From NCBI GenBank assembly GCA_964234715.1, contig OZ174278.1: a DNA stretch of 64,000 bases; one strand, written 5' to 3'. The notes under the pieces were generated by a model. That model was not told the DNA's origin, ran no database searches, and saw only the letters and a program-made list of their open reading frames with translations. The stretch comes from Podarcis melisellensis. Taxonomy: Eukaryota. The translations under genes and the position numbers were made by a program. Below are positions 13,565 through 27,811 of this stretch, in pieces (position 1 is the stretch's first letter; each line of letters starts with the position of its first letter).

Positions 13565-14187
13565 TGTGCAAAGAGTACACTGCACAGGGGAAAAAAGAGA
13601 GCTGTTTTGGGGTTGAGGTAGAGTCATAGATGATTCATCTAGAAACTATCCAAAGGCATTCTGAGGAGCAACCTGTTCCACCTTTTCACAACTATACACC
13701 TGCTTTATGGTGATGAGTATTTTAACACTATGGTGCATCTGTAACAGGGAAACCAGACAGACTCATCTGCCCCAGCTGCAATAAAACATGTCTCTTCCAT
13801 ATCGGTCTCTATAGCCACAGCAGGTGCTATTACTCTCCAGCAGTTTGACTTCACCCCTGCTAGTGCACTCTTCCATTGTCTCTGGAGACAGATGCAAACA
13901 AGTTTCAACACTAATAGACTAGAATTCAGAAAGACCTGTCTGCTCACTATGATGACACTGGGACATGCCATTGACAGCTATAGATGTGCATACATTTAGA
14001 ACTGAGTTGACAGAATGGAAGAGTTAGCGTGTAAGAGATTGAGCTATGAACCCAGAAGCTATGCTTGCCATATGTCAGGTTTTCGGGTGTAAAAATGGCA
14101 TCGGGGGAATTTTGCCGGTGTCAAGAATTTTACTTTTTGAAATATGGCAACCCTTCCAGAAGTGCCCATTTCAAATGTCACTTATTT

Positions 14188-14320
14188 CATGAACCTATTT
14201 ATCTACTTGCACTGGTATGCTTTCGAACTGCTAGGTTGGCAGAAGCTGGGACAGAGCAACGGGAGCTCGCACCGTTGCTTGGATTTGAACCGCCAACCTT
14301 CCAATCGGCAAGCCCAAGAG
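14188..14320 (-). mobile_element. Sauria SINE internal fragment
   Basis: Aligns to 13410-13540. Confidence 0.8.
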
Positions 14321-14349
14321 GCTACAGTAAATGGCGTTTCTGTGCACTC

Positions 14350-14515
14350 TCGCATCTGCCTTTTGTGTAAAGGCCCCAGGTTCAAATTTCCAGGTGAGGC
14401 TGGGAGAGACTTCCTGTCTTTGATTCTGGAGTGCAGCTGCCAGTCAGTGTAGACAATTGTGAGCTAGATGGACCAATGGTCTGACTCAGTATAAGGCAGC
14501 TTCCTATGTTCCTAG
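14350..14515 (+). mobile_element. tRNA-derived squamate SINE (Squam3-like, CR1-type tail)
   Basis: B-box ggttcaaat and tail gagctagatggaccaatggtctgactcagtataaggcagcttcctatgttcct; relatives near 2920, 44185 and 58358. Confidence 0.65.
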
Positions 14516-17500
14516 GAATAAAAAGCATGTTAGATTGTAAACTTGCAGGCGGGGACTGTCTTGTTTTAATTAATTGCTCGTAAACCACTCTGGGAGTCTT
14601 TTTGGCTGAAGAGCAGGGTACAAATGCTCTAGATAAATAAATAAATTAAATAGCCTTAAACACTTGGGGGAGCACATCCCTGCCCAAAGGGTGCGCTTCA
14701 TGTTCTATCCCACATAGATTAAAAACAGCTTTGTTACATCAGCAGTGAGCGGTGAGTATTTGTGATTTTACACATACTAACAGCAACTGGATGGGAACTT
14801 GTCGTGCACACTGATCTCTACATCTAAAATAAAATACAGAGATAGCCTCAGGGGGAAGGAGAGTGAGGATGAGAGAAGATGGGTGTGCTTATTTTTACTA
14901 GAGAGCTTCATCCCATCCTGGGGGAGTGGGATCAAAACAAACAAGGCTCTTATGCTGGGCATGGTGATTGAAAGTGCTCAGACTTGTCTTGAAAGGGTTC
15001 CCGATTTGAGTGTGTGCATGTATTGGTCACAGTCACCATGGTAACCAACTGGTTCTACATAAAGCTATGGTGCAAGCCAGCAGAACTGTAATGGAATACA
15101 TTCCTTCGGATGAGACAATACTTTCGCTGAAACTGAAGCACTCCTGTAGAAACAAATTATTAGGTAGTGCTAATTTAGGTGGAAATTAAAAATGGCTAAA
15201 CGTAAGGTTGATCCTCTATCTTTTGTCTCGTTTGGAAATTATGAAAGCTATTCATTCATGCTGCCTTTATGACCCAATTTCCCCAAAATGTTTCAAAATG
15301 ATAAGTTCGTTTATGCATAGTTACTGAGTTTCATCTCTATCAAACACTCTAATGCAACCAAGAAACAGAAGCCAGAGTCAAGACTCTGGAGATAAAGGTG
15401 GGAAGGCTATGTGGATAGAAATGGCTGGGTCTGTTTCTCAATGACTTCCATACCGAATTCAATGAGCTGCAATGGCCAAGGCTGTTTATGGACAGAGCGC
15501 TTTGAAACCTGAATTCTGAGCTTGGCTCTTTTGGTTTCATTTTGATTATCTTCACAGAATTTTCAGTAACAGTGCTACAGCTCATCAGTCTAATCCCAGT
15601 CCATGCCAATTTTGTATGTGTTCATTCATAGTCCATTGTGTCCTGTTTACACATCACTATTTTGCATTTTGAAAAGAATCTATAGGAAGACATGTGTTTA
15701 AATAAATTGTATGTATTATTTTGTACCTATTTCTAAACACAACTTATCCTAACACATTAGTAGTTTTTTTGAGCCAAAAGCTATAGCACCAAATTCAGAA
15801 AAGCATGAAGGATAATTGATTACATTCCAATCCATGTATTAGTCCAAGAGGTTCAAATTTGGTCAGTTTGCTTAAAAATGTGGCCCAAACAAAATATTCT
15901 TCCATACCTAGCTAGAGGAAAGAGAGGCATTTTGCACAACAACTGTACACTTTTGCAAAGCAAATTGGCTTTGTTTCCAACAGCTCAGCTCCGCAGTGCT
16001 ACTTTTTTTTATCTAGTAAGCTCAGCACTTGGAACTAGACACCTTTTTGGAGACTGTAACTAGAAAAAAAAAAGTTTGGCTAAATCCAAGGTGCTAAATG
16101 GATCATATTTAAAATCTTGAAAATAGGTCATGCGGGAAATGCCTGACCAAACAGAGCAGAATAAAGTCATTTATCCTGCAAATACTACAGTTTAGCCCTA
16201 AACCATTGGATTAAGAATAACCTTTTCTTTAAGGAAAAACACTGGTTTATATTTTTTACTTTCATTATATGTCACACAGAAGCAGGGGCGGCTTGTCACA
16301 TTTTGCCGCTTTAGGCAAAACAGGAAGTGCTGCCCTGCTGCCCCCCGCTGTGTCACCACTGCCAGTGGCGCCAACATCAGCGCTGATTTCTGGTGAGATC
16401 TCATCACAATCTCATGAGATGTCATGCACCCTGTGAAATCTTGCAAGATCTCACCAGAAATCAGTGCAAACGCCACTTATCCACCAGCAGTAGTGGGGTA
16501 CCTGCAAGGGTGCCCCCGCAGGGGCTTCCTCTACTCAAGACATCTGCTTCACCCCACCACATGGGAGGGCTGGGTCTGCACAGAAGACAGAGGGTCCAGA
16601 AGATGAGGACTACAAGGGATAGGGAAGACCTGCTCAATTTTCTTTTCTGTACAGGAGAATCCCCACTTACGCGGGGGTTCCATTCTCGGCCACTGCGCAC
16701 ATCAGGGGGATACATGCAACTCTGTTCCGCCCCGCCCCCTTTTGGCACTGAAAAGGGTCACATGTCAGCAGTTACATGCCTGCTGGTCACATGCGAGTGG
16801 GAAGGTGCTTGTATTTTTCAAAGCTACAAAGTGTGTAAGTGTGTGAGAGAGCAATCTACAAGCAGAACTAGGCTTCTTGGTATTTATAGCTGGAATTTTG
16901 CAGTGCCTTCTACAAATTAGTCATCAGATAGGTTCTCGGTTTCCTTGTATTACTGTACGCTATTTAAACTAGAAATTTGTTCTAAATTGTTGCTGTGTGA
17001 AATATTAAATGTTACTTTACCTCACATTTTCCTTTATAAAACGAAGCTAAAACTCTTCAAAAATAAAACCAGATGGCAAGCTGCACTTGCTCCTTTGCCA
17101 GTCAAAGGCAAGGAAGACTTAATTAGTGTTAAATGAGAGCTTTAATAGTCAGACATAAATTACACAGCAACTGTACTATTTCTGCCTGAGCTTTTAAGGC
17201 CCTGGCAGGTCTGTCTCACTGTTAAAAACACTTAGATTTCCAAATATAACTCTGAATGTTGGCTAGTCTGGTACTAATTTTATTTCCATTACTAATGGGA
17301 TGGATACATATTTAATTTATTTTTACAAGTGCTCTGAAGAGAATATCTCGTGGACCCTGTGACTTTGTTGACATTTGAGGGTGCAATAATCAATTATCCA
17401 GCTAATTAACTTTTTTTTTAAAAAAAACAATGTGACTCAATCATTTCTGTACCAAGACAACTCAGCAGGGGAACATTATGTTGGGGCATGATATGGCATC

Positions 17501-20500
17501 ATTCTCATTCCTGCAAAAGGAGTAGTTTAAGGGAACTTTACTGAAGATCTAGTAGCTTGTGGGCCGTAGGATTTGGCAGAAGTCAGTGGAACAGCTGAAA
17601 TGAAATAGGGTTGTTGGTGGCACAGGAGAGGAACACAAACCATGTCCCATACCTCTTCAGTACTTGGCCACACCCCCATCAACTGCATTACTTAATACCA
17701 ACCCAGATCTAACACAGGAAGCACCATTTACATCAGCAGGGAACCAAACCACCAGAATAGCTGCTCACATGTTGACAACCACCTCACCCTTGTTGTCACA
17801 ACAAACCACAGAATATGGTGCAACCGCCTCTCCCTGAACTGACCCAGACCCTGCAGTCATCTGAGGCCCTACTTCATGTGCCCACTCCGTGAGAGACTCA
17901 GATGGTGGTAACATGAGACTGGCCCTTTTCTTTGGTGGCTCCCCATTTGTGGAATGCTCTCCCCAGGGAAGCTCACCTGGTCCCTTTATTACATATCTTT
18001 AGGTGCCAGGCAGAAACATTCCTCTTTGACGAGGCCTTTGGCTGTTAAACTATCTATATAGCCTTTTAAAGATGAAGAGTGGCATATGAATTTAGTAAAC
18101 AAACAAACAAACTGCACCTAATCACAGTATATAAACCCGACTCAAAGAGACCATAACTAAAATGACAGAGTTCATCGCATAGGGCTATATCTCTCTGGCC
18201 TCATGTTGTGGGTGTTTCTTGCATAGGGGAACTTGGGAGATGGGAAACAGGGAGAAAGTTTGCACAAAAAAGGACCACATGAAGCCATTTCTAACACTTC
18301 TCTGCCTAGGAGCCTAACAAGTGCTTCATCTTAGGACTCCAGATACAAACACCCAGCACCAAGCTTCACTCCAACAACTGGGTTTGTTTCTCTTGAGTTT
18401 AAAGGAAGAGCAGCTCTTAGCCACCTCCTAAAGTTATTAAGGGAAATGTCAAGAGTCAAACCCCTACAACCCTTAACTGTATCAAATACTCAACTTGAAT
18501 TTCCCCCACCAACTGTAAGGAACATTTTTACTTCTCCCCCTACATATGATTGGAAGGGGAAACTCAGGCAAAAATATTAGTTCAGCTTGCCACTGAATAA
18601 CTATCAGTGGGAGGCAAAAGCACAGAGGACTTCCCAGAGGCATCTAACTGGCCATTGTGATAAGCGGGGTGCTGGACTTGAATGGTCTTTCTTGTGGCCC
18701 AGCAGTGCTCTTCAGTTCCTGTTTAGTTCCCAAGGAACCTGACTGACTAGAAGCTCCAGTCTGTCCTTAGCAGCCAGCGGCTTTTCATAGGCTTCTTTCC
18801 CAGGACTGGCTGAAGATGAAGCCCAAAGGCAGAGCGATGTTTTCTTGCTTAGTAAGACAGTTTTACCATCTGTTTGCTCACTAAGCCAGTTCTCAAATAA
18901 CTTTCAGCTTTTTGCAGCAGTTGGCTTGTCAGTGAATGAAAATTAGCTGGTAAAAATTCTGAATCAAAAATATTTATTGGGGGGTGGGGGTAGGAATCGC
19001 CTGCAGACTCCTACTTCTGGCTTGAATTGATTATGCAGATAGGCTTCCAGAGGAAGAGGGTCAGCTTTCAGCAGTGTATTGGACTGTTGTTAAACAATTT
19101 CTGTGGTTTTCAGTTGCAATAGTTTGGCTTCCATATATGAGAAAATTCATGTGTGATGAAAGTGTCTTACATGATGCTGAAGAAAGCATTAAATGTGTCA
19201 AGAAGTAAGTGGCCTTTTCCGACATGTAGATCCTGTCTCAAAGTCCTGGCTCACTGTGCTTTATGCACACAAATCTACACTTGGACCGAAAAGGATGTTA
19301 AAGGAATTACTGGTGAGAGGACTTGATGCATGATCAACATAATTAAGGATAGTGGAGATGTGTCAGATGTTTGGATTTGAGAATGAACAACTCAGACTGG
19401 CTGAAAACCAAGTCTATATTGTTATACCATAGACCAGGAGTAGCCAACCTCTCCAGTGGCTGTTGGACTACATTTCCCATCAAACCCAACTGGCCTGGCC
19501 AATGGTAAGGTCTGATGGAAGTTGGAGTATGCCACAGTAGATACCTCTGACATAGACCATCTCCCTTTAAAAAGGCAGCCAACATCCCAATTGCTTCCTT
19601 GAAAGAATCCTAGTAATTGTAATTTGTTTAAGATGCTTGCAATTCTCTTTCTCTGAGAACTTTTCTCCCAATCGCAGAGCTACACTTCCTAAGGTTACCT
19701 GAGACTAGGCAATACCTTTAAGCCAGTGGATATGCTCATACAACTGCATCAAAGGTGCCATTCTTTTAGAGTTGTTCCCCGTTAGAAAACATGGCAAATG
19801 ATGGGGAAAGTCACGTCTGACAAAATCCTCTGTTTTATATAGCCCTCAAAAGCAGAAAAAGCCCTCAGAGTCTGGACCAGGCAACCCAGTGTAGCATAAT
19901 GTTTATTAGCAACCCTGGTATGAAAATCTGCTGAAATAACACAGTCATGCTCTCAGCAGTGAATAATCACTTCCGTGGTCTACTGCAGGGTTTTCCCATC
20001 TGTATGTATTTGAGGCTGTTGGCCAAGTTGCAAAAGGGGCAGGGCTTGGATACAAACTGGTCCTTCTTCTTCTTTTATTAACCAAATGAGTAATTTATTC
20101 CCAATTTGATGTCTGGGAAAAATGGTGGACCAGAAGGTAATTGGCTGGTTAATATATTCCAGACTTTTGCAGGAGGAAATTATGCTCTTGATTTTCTCAG
20201 TTGTATATCCAACTGGAAGCTGTCTGGCTATGTGCATATTTATAAATATTCTTTCAACGGTGGTAGAAGCCAAATAGTAAGAACAGGGGTATTATCCAGA
20301 TAATCCTTGAAAGTCTTGGCACCTAGGAGCAAATGAGTAGGAGTCATGATATAAATCAGGGCAGAAATGGAAAAAAATAATACTAAATCTAAGGATATGA
20401 AAACAACTGTTGACCTTGACAGCTAACTAATTCTGTGATCATAATAAAACTTATACCCACTATTCTCATATTACTCAAAATTTGTCCTAGGTTTGTCACA

Positions 20501-20760
20501 TCTGTTATAATTCCTAAAACACTATGTTGTTCTCCCTTCCATTCTCCATGTTGTACATGATAATACAATGTTGTACATGATGATACAATGCTTCTCTAGT
20601 TTTGGAATTATTGTGTATTTTAAAATCTTTAACTGAGTATCTTTCTAGTCATATATCAAAAGCACCCTAGGCAAAACTGTGTTATCTATCAGTGTGACAA
20701 TCATATACCTCAGTTATTTATAGTGCCTTAAAACAACTTTGCTAAGTTTTCGAGCTTGAC

Positions 20761-20915
20761 CAGTGCTTCTTTTCTAAAAATATGTTTAGGGGTCATCTCA
20801 CTTTGACTCAAGAAAATCACCATTTTAAATACAGTAAATGGGCAAAAGTACAAAGATTCACAAAATGTTTAGAGGTATGCATACCCCTGTGTACCCCCCA
20901 GGAAAAAAAGCACTG
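20761..20915. mobile_element. hAT-type MITE (family of 3136-3663)
   Basis: CAGTGCTT...AAGCACTG TIRs; shared caaaatgtttag.ggta core; imperfect TSD. Confidence 0.7.
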
Positions 20916-20929
20916 GCTATGACCATTCC

Positions 20930-21195
20930 TAGACACGGATAGTCTTGCCACAGTGCTATGGAAACCTATCAATTAGAGTGCTGTAGTATGTTGCTATGGG
21001 GCTGCCCTTGAAGATAACTCAAAAGCTTCAGCTGGCGCAGAATGTAGCTGCCAGAGTTTTAACCGGTAGAGTCAGATGGAACCATATTTCATCAATTCTG
21101 AAATAATTATACTGGCTGCTTGTTTGTTTCTGAGGCCACTTTAAGGAACTGGTCCTTACCTCTAAAGCCTTAAATGGCTTGGAACCCAGATGCCT
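20930..21195 (+). mobile_element. L2-type LINE RT 3' fragment
   Basis: Decayed YGLPLKITQKLQLAQNVAARVLTG-type coding remnant, similar to 35755-35973. Confidence 0.7.
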
Positions 21196-22845
21196 CTTCA
21201 TCATCAAACTACAGGGTTGGAAAGGGACCCCAATAGTAACCTAGTCCAATCCTCTGTAATGCAGGAATCACAACTAAGTAGTCCCTGACAGATGGTCATC
21301 CAATCTCAGTTTATAAGCCTTCTATGAAGGAGAGTCCATCACCTTCCACTGTACCTGAAAAGGCACTTCTCTCTCTCTCTCTGCCAATCTGCCTATGTCT
21401 TAAGATCTTCAGAACAGGCTCTTTTTCATGTCTCTGCCAGGGAATATTTAACCCTTGTTTTTGTATTGGTACTGAAGTGGAGCTTGCTGTTGCCTACTAT
21501 GCCTTCTTTACATATAGTGACTATAATGAAACAGAACATATTTTACATGAATCCTTACATATTTGAAACATACACCCAATCCAACATAGATTGATTTGAA
21601 CTTCTAGCATTAACTTAATTGGCCAGGCTTATGGACTGATCACTGGGATGCATAGTAACAATTTAAGCAGATGACTCTGGCCACAAAACACCAGGAATGG
21701 TTCATGTGCAATCCTCATTACACTTAATGAGAAGTTTCCAGTGGATTCTGCCTCTGGTCATCTGTTTCAACCATTTGGAAATGCTTTTAAGTCTTCTCTC
21801 TTTCTCTTTCCATATTCATTTTCCTCCCTTCCCAGCCCAGCCCCCAATCAAGGGAGTTTACCGCAGATGTGAAGAGTCAGCCTGGAACATAAAAGCTTCC
21901 CACTCAGCTATCTCTTTCCTTTTGATTTCCTGCAAGGAAACCAACATTGAAATAGTTTGCAATTACTATCCATTTGTCACAAACTACCTTTAAGAGTCAG
22001 TGAGGGCAGATGGAATATAGTGTGGAAAATATTTTCCAGCAAAGTAGGGTTATTCCCCTCAAAGATATCTAGACTGGTTTAACTGAAACTGAAAAAGGAA
22101 TGTATTCTGCAACTAATAATGCAAAATCCATATTTGCAAGATGTAATTTATTTATGATTTAAGGTCTGGCACACGCCATTCTTTCCATACCCTCAACATT
22201 TAATAAGCTCCTTTCTTTTAGTTATGCACAAATATCATGGAAACACACTCACCCAAACATACAATCTGTTTGTCTATCCTTGTTACATATGAAACAGTTG
22301 AAAAAATAATTGGTACTATGAACTTCCTTCCTCGCATATCTCTCCAATAGGTTCCAAATGCCTTTGCTATAAAGTTACTTTCCACTTCTGTTGCTGTGAG
22401 TGTGTCACCCCACCCCAGTCCTCACATAGATTTAAATTTTGTAGTCCTTGCTTTTAAACTGTGGTGGGGCAATCTTTTCAGTCTTAGGGGCCACATTACC
22501 TGTGGGAACTTTCCAGATGCCTTATCCAAGAGGTACAACCAGGCAGTCGATGTGGTTTCTTGTAGAATAGGCTACTTTCTAATCCCACAGAGTGTTGCTC
22601 ACACCCATACCTACCCTTCATCTAGGAAGCAAGACCTGGGACCAGGGGTGGACTTTGGTAATATGGCACCCTGAGCGAGAACAACCCCCCCCCCTATATA
22701 TTTCTTATTTTCACAATAACTGATTAGGTATCTGTATAAAGATAGTTGTTTTGTTGTGTTGTTGTTGTTTGTTGTTATGTACCCCCTCAGCTCAGCGCCT
22801 TGGGCAGGAGAACTGCCTACACTGCCCTAAATACAGCACTGCTGG

Positions 22846-22847
<2 letters not shown>

Positions 22848-22896
<49 letters not shown>
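22848..22896. repeat. (TAA)n microsatellite
   Basis: About 16 perfect units. Confidence 0.95.
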
Positions 22897-25159
22897 CAGT
22901 TAGAATTGGTTGCTCTGATATACTGAGCTGAAGGCTTGGCTGGCAGAATGCAATGAAGAACCAACTGAAAAGGGAAGTAGCTAATTGAGAAGAAAATGAA
23001 GTCAAGTGGTGATATCCCACAGTTTAAAAAAACAGAAACACCTCCTAGAGAATCTCAGAAAATTATGGATAGACATATTGTTCAGACAAAGAGTGATTGT
23101 CAGCAAGTTGTGTGGAAGTACAGAAATACGCAGGGTTGCAGTCATCTTTTGCATGCCACCACCAATGTTACCAAAAGATATTCGCAACTGTGTGCATAAA
23201 AACCCTAATTCTCCACATGGTGGCAGTTGTACACAGTTGTTTAGCAACACAGATAGCACAGGAATCTGACACAGGGTGGATTATCAAGTACCTACCATAC
23301 ATCTAATTGTTCATGTGAATTGGCATTAACATTACACTTTTTTGCAGTTTAACACAATTCATTGTTAACTAATAACCTGATACTATAATTCACACAGTTA
23401 GGCATGCTTCAGCCCACTGAAGCACATTGAAAGCTGGTGTGATGCAGTGGTTAGAGAATTGAACGAGGTCTGGAGAGACTCAGGTTCAAATCTCCACTCA
23501 GCCACAATGCTCACAGGTTGACCTCTGGCTCTCACCTCACGGTAAGCCAAACTATGGCTTACTAGGCCTGTGTGGGCTCTTGAAGAAGAATTTGCTGCCT
23601 TTTGCGCCTCCCTTAATTCATTTATTGTAATGTAAGAAGTTTATTGATAGAAGTTGTTAAAAGTCTCTCCCCCCCACCCCCGCATTGGTATAATTATCTT
23701 GAAGCTTAACTCCATTGATTGTGACGGGCCTGTTCTAAGTCATTGTCTGTCATGTATTTTTAATGGAATTCTGAACATTTTGTTAAATGAGTGCCACTTC
23801 ATAGGTATAAAAAACATGTCCTACATATGCACAGTAAATATTTGTAAACATACTTTTGTGTATCAGGGACCACAATGGTGAGATGAGTAGAGGCAAGCAA
23901 TTGTATAATTCAATTTATTACCACTAATGACTCATTGCCCAGGAGAGGCTGCATCTGGAGCAATTTATTATGGTCAGCTCCTCCTATTTACAAATAAAAC
24001 AAGTTTGTTAGATGTTTGCAAGATTGATGCCTTCTTATTCTGTTATATAAGCTTGATTTTGTGCCTCCTTTTTCTTAAGCTTTTGCAAACCCTTTAATGA
24101 GTAATTCTGAAGTGTAGGCATTTGAATTTAACTTAAAGTTACATACTCTTCTTTCCCTTTTTCAGTTTTCTCCTATGCTGCTTTCTGTCATGTCTGAACA
24201 ATCAATTTTTCTGTATATTCATGTCAATTTCTAAAGAAGCAAAAGTTCTGGCATCAAGCTCCTACCAGACAAATAGCTGGGACTGCTTTAGGAATTCTGT
24301 TTTGCAGTGAAATTGAAAGGGACCACAACCCCAGATCCCTTTGTCCATTTCTGACAGTGTAATAGTGGGCGGGGGGGGGGGAGAGGAGGTCAAGATGCTG
24401 AATGAAGAGACAATAGGTGTTTATGACAGTTAGAGATGCCACACCCCAGCCTTTGGGGTTTTCCAGTACTCCAGGCAGCTGGACAGTTTGGCACATTGCT
24501 GACTGATTAGTCCCTGCTTCTACACTTTCCTCCTCCCTTGGCCCACCCTGTCTTCACCCTGCACCAGTTTTAATATTTGCACAATATTGACATGAGAAAC
24601 GTTTTAATATTTACCCTATATTGACATAGGGAAAAGGTTGGGGGCTTCTAGAATGCATCATGTTCATGTGCAATATGCATGCTCAGTGTCTGGAATACAC
24701 CGTCAACCAGTTTCTGGAATGCCAAGTCAACAAGGCGGTGTAGAGTCTGAGCACTTTCACTGCTGTATCCATGCAGACCTTTGCCCTCTGTCTAGCTCAT
24801 TTTAGCCAGCTGAGCCACCCTTCACACAGCTTGGGTGAATGAAGCCTACAAATGACAGTGAGGGGAAACTTGTTTAGTTCTATCCATTTTGACTGATTCA
24901 CTGTGAAAGTGAGGGAATTCTTTCGGCCAGCAAGCAAGACATGATGTCTTGTAAACAAAGTTGTGACTTGCTGGATTTTAAAAAGTGCTGTATCTCAAGC
25001 CTCGTCTAGCTTAGTTTTTGTATAACTATGCACCAGTTCCACTTTTGAGACGTATGATGTAGTAGCACATTGAACATTCATTTTCTGGTCTGCAGACATT
25101 AGGGAATTTAAATCTGCTGAGATGCAGCACTAACAGGGAGAGTTTGGTCACTGTTATTC

Positions 25160-25370
25160 CAGTGGTTAAAGGGTTAGACTAGAACCTGAAGACCAGGGTT
25201 CAAATCCCCACACAGCCATAAAGTGCAGTGGGTGACCTTGGGCCAGTCATTCACTCTCAGCCTAGCCAACCTCACAGGGTAGTTGTGGGGGTTAAATTAG
25301 ACAGTGGAGGAACCATGTAAGCCTCCTTGAGCTTCACGGAGAAAAAAATGGTACATAAATGTAGCAAACA
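25160..25370 (+). mobile_element. MIR/CORE-like tRNA-derived SINE
   Basis: A and B boxes plus CORE-like gggtgaccttgggccagtca...acctcacagggt; decayed relatives near 23435 and 33760. Confidence 0.7.
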
Positions 25371-27555
25371 AACAAACAAAGGTTGGAAAATTAATCCTGA
25401 AAACATCACTTCTTGATTAGGATAAAACTTGCACCTGCTTGGAGGCACTGAATGTCTGGGAAAGACAAATAAAAGTGGTTTTATTGTACCTTCAAAAAAG
25501 GAGGAAGGATACAAACTTTAAATGCTTGTTACAACTAAACAACCACACCCTTTGCCCTGAAAGAAGTTTGTTCTTGGGCGGTCTCATTAATAATGTTGTA
25601 ATACTAATTTTTTCAAGTAACCAAGCAACCTATAGCACATGAATTACTGCTGTTGTTATTATTCTGTGCTTTAATAACCACTTGAAGAGGGCATCTGAAC
25701 AATGAAAGGAAAACTATATTCCTTAAGTCATAGTGCCACCATATGGTGTGCCTGATACATCATTTAGTTTGTGTGGAGAGGAAATTTTGCTTTCACTTAA
25801 AAGGGTGGTAGAGGGGAGAAAGGACTGTATTGTGTCCATCATATAACCAGGGCTTGCAGCACCTCTCAGGTGGGTGCCATTGCCATTCTAAGAGAATAAG
25901 GGAGGTATTTGTGGTGAGTTCTGGCACCTCTTTTTCTAGAAAAATAGCACTGCATATAACAAATACGTAATCTGGCTAATTTGGTAATGCATACACAATA
26001 CAATTCTGTATGCCACCATGTCCACAACTTGGTCTGCTGAAGAGTGATCCATTACAATCAGTGATTCACAGTAATCTGTTTTCCAGACAATTTGTATGCT
26101 ACAGTTTGGAAAACAAGCAAAAGGCCACACAGTGTGATCATATGATTTGGCTTTCCATCAGAACAGAAAAGAATCAAAAGCATTTTAAAGATTTTTTTTT
26201 CTAACCTGATGTAACTACTTCTGTGGACACAGCCACAGTCTTAAGCAGTAAGCAGTATGATTTTTTTAAAGCAATTAAGTAACTTCAAAGAATGGGAAAT
26301 GTGATTTTAAAAAAGAGGAATATATTTTCTGTTATGATGTTTCAGCCAGAATTAGGAATCCTAAATTCATCCAAAACATGATGGTGTTCCCACCCAGGAT
26401 TATTGAAAACAATGACCATTTTACCTCATATAGTCCTTTGGGTGCAGTAATACTAAACTAACACATGGCAGTGCATTCTTGCTCAACAATTAAATGTTGC
26501 ACCAAACAGTTACTTTCAGCTGGGAGTATCATGATGATTGTTTGAAAAATATTCTGCTGCCTTTCCAAACCTCCCCCTTTGGTCATTTATCATATTGACA
26601 TTCCTGCCCTATTAGCACTAGCATATACTTGTGCAGCACTTTAACATTACGTTACTAATGACTGAATTCCAACATGTATATAGTTACCTTTTCCTGGCAG
26701 TTTCAGTTATGTGAAGTGCCAAGTTACGGAGTAACTGCTATTAGAACATGAATCCCACACGTTTATTGTAACACTAATCTTAATGCCGTGTCAGTTCTTT
26801 TCAACGCCACAGTTAAGCTATTGTTTAAAAATATTTTCTGTGACTGTGGAAAGAGTGCAGAGCATCCACATTCCAAGAGGGTCCTGTTCTTTCCATGGCT
26901 GCAGCATCAGATTCCAAGAGACCTAAACATTGTGTCTGACCCTCTCTGCAGCATAAAACAGACAGCCCACCTTGTGCTCTGCGCTCCTCAAAGCTTTCAA
27001 AATGGACACATTTCCCCCCTGTTCACTTATATCAGGCAAAGTGCAACCCTAAACCAAAACTACTAGTCTTTTGTCTTACTGTCCCTCATTTGTAGCTGAC
27101 ACAGCCTTTGCTTTGCTGATGGCCAATTTTGGGAGAGGAGCAAAGCACGCTTCCCTCTTAGAAATTGAGTACTTGCTGACCAGGAGCGAACTTTCTCTTG
27201 TACTGAAGCATACTGCTTGCTGGATGCCACACTTCAAGAGAATGCCAACTGCTTGCTGAGCACTCTGCAGCTGGCACACCTGCACAGACTGGGAGTTGGT
27301 TTTCTCTTGGATGGGTTGCAGGTTTTCTAGGCTCACATTAGGCTGAGCGAGGCTGCTGATTTTTGGTGTCATAAAAGGGCAGTGAGCTGTTAGTGACTTA
27401 ATGTATTCTTACTGTATTCTTACTGCCAATGTGGGGCAAAGTACTTAGGGTGTTTTTTTCTTAGGTGCCAGAATAATTTGATCAGCCTTGGGAATTTGGG
27501 TGGTGAGGGGTTCCACTAGCTGTGTCTTGAGCTGGCCTTGTAGTTTATGCTTATA

Positions 27556-27811
27556 CAGTGGAAGCTGCGGGTTGCGAACATGAACCATGTGGGATGCACG
27601 TTTGCAACCTGCAGCGTTCGCAACCCGCAGTGGCACATCGGCGCATGCATGGGTCGTGATTCAGCGCTTCTGCGCAAAGCACGATTTAGTGCTTCTGCGC
27701 ATGCGTGACCACCGAAACCCGGAAGTAACCCGTTCCAGTACTTCCGGGTTTCGGCAGGTGCGTAACCCGAAAAAACACAACCTGAAGCAGCTGTAACCCG
27801 AGGCATGACTG
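27556..27811. mobile_element. Tc1/mariner(pogo)-type MITE, CpG-rich, upstream of PDHA1
   Basis: TA|CAGT...ACTG|TA ends; end motif gtaacccgagg shared with the 1626 and 5706 copies. Confidence 0.75.

Noticed and set aside
16393-16920. 175-aa ORF (and the 171-aa ORF at 30373..30888)
   Set aside because: No recognisable domain; non-ATG starts; overlap with TE-like or microsatellite sequence; no splice support.
20548-20590. Short 20-bp tandem duplication (similar small ones near 27402, 35231 and 50732)
   Set aside because: Ordinary slippage duplications with no further structure.
22817-23020. ORF with a poly-Tyr run
   Set aside because: It is the translation of the (TAA)n microsatellite.
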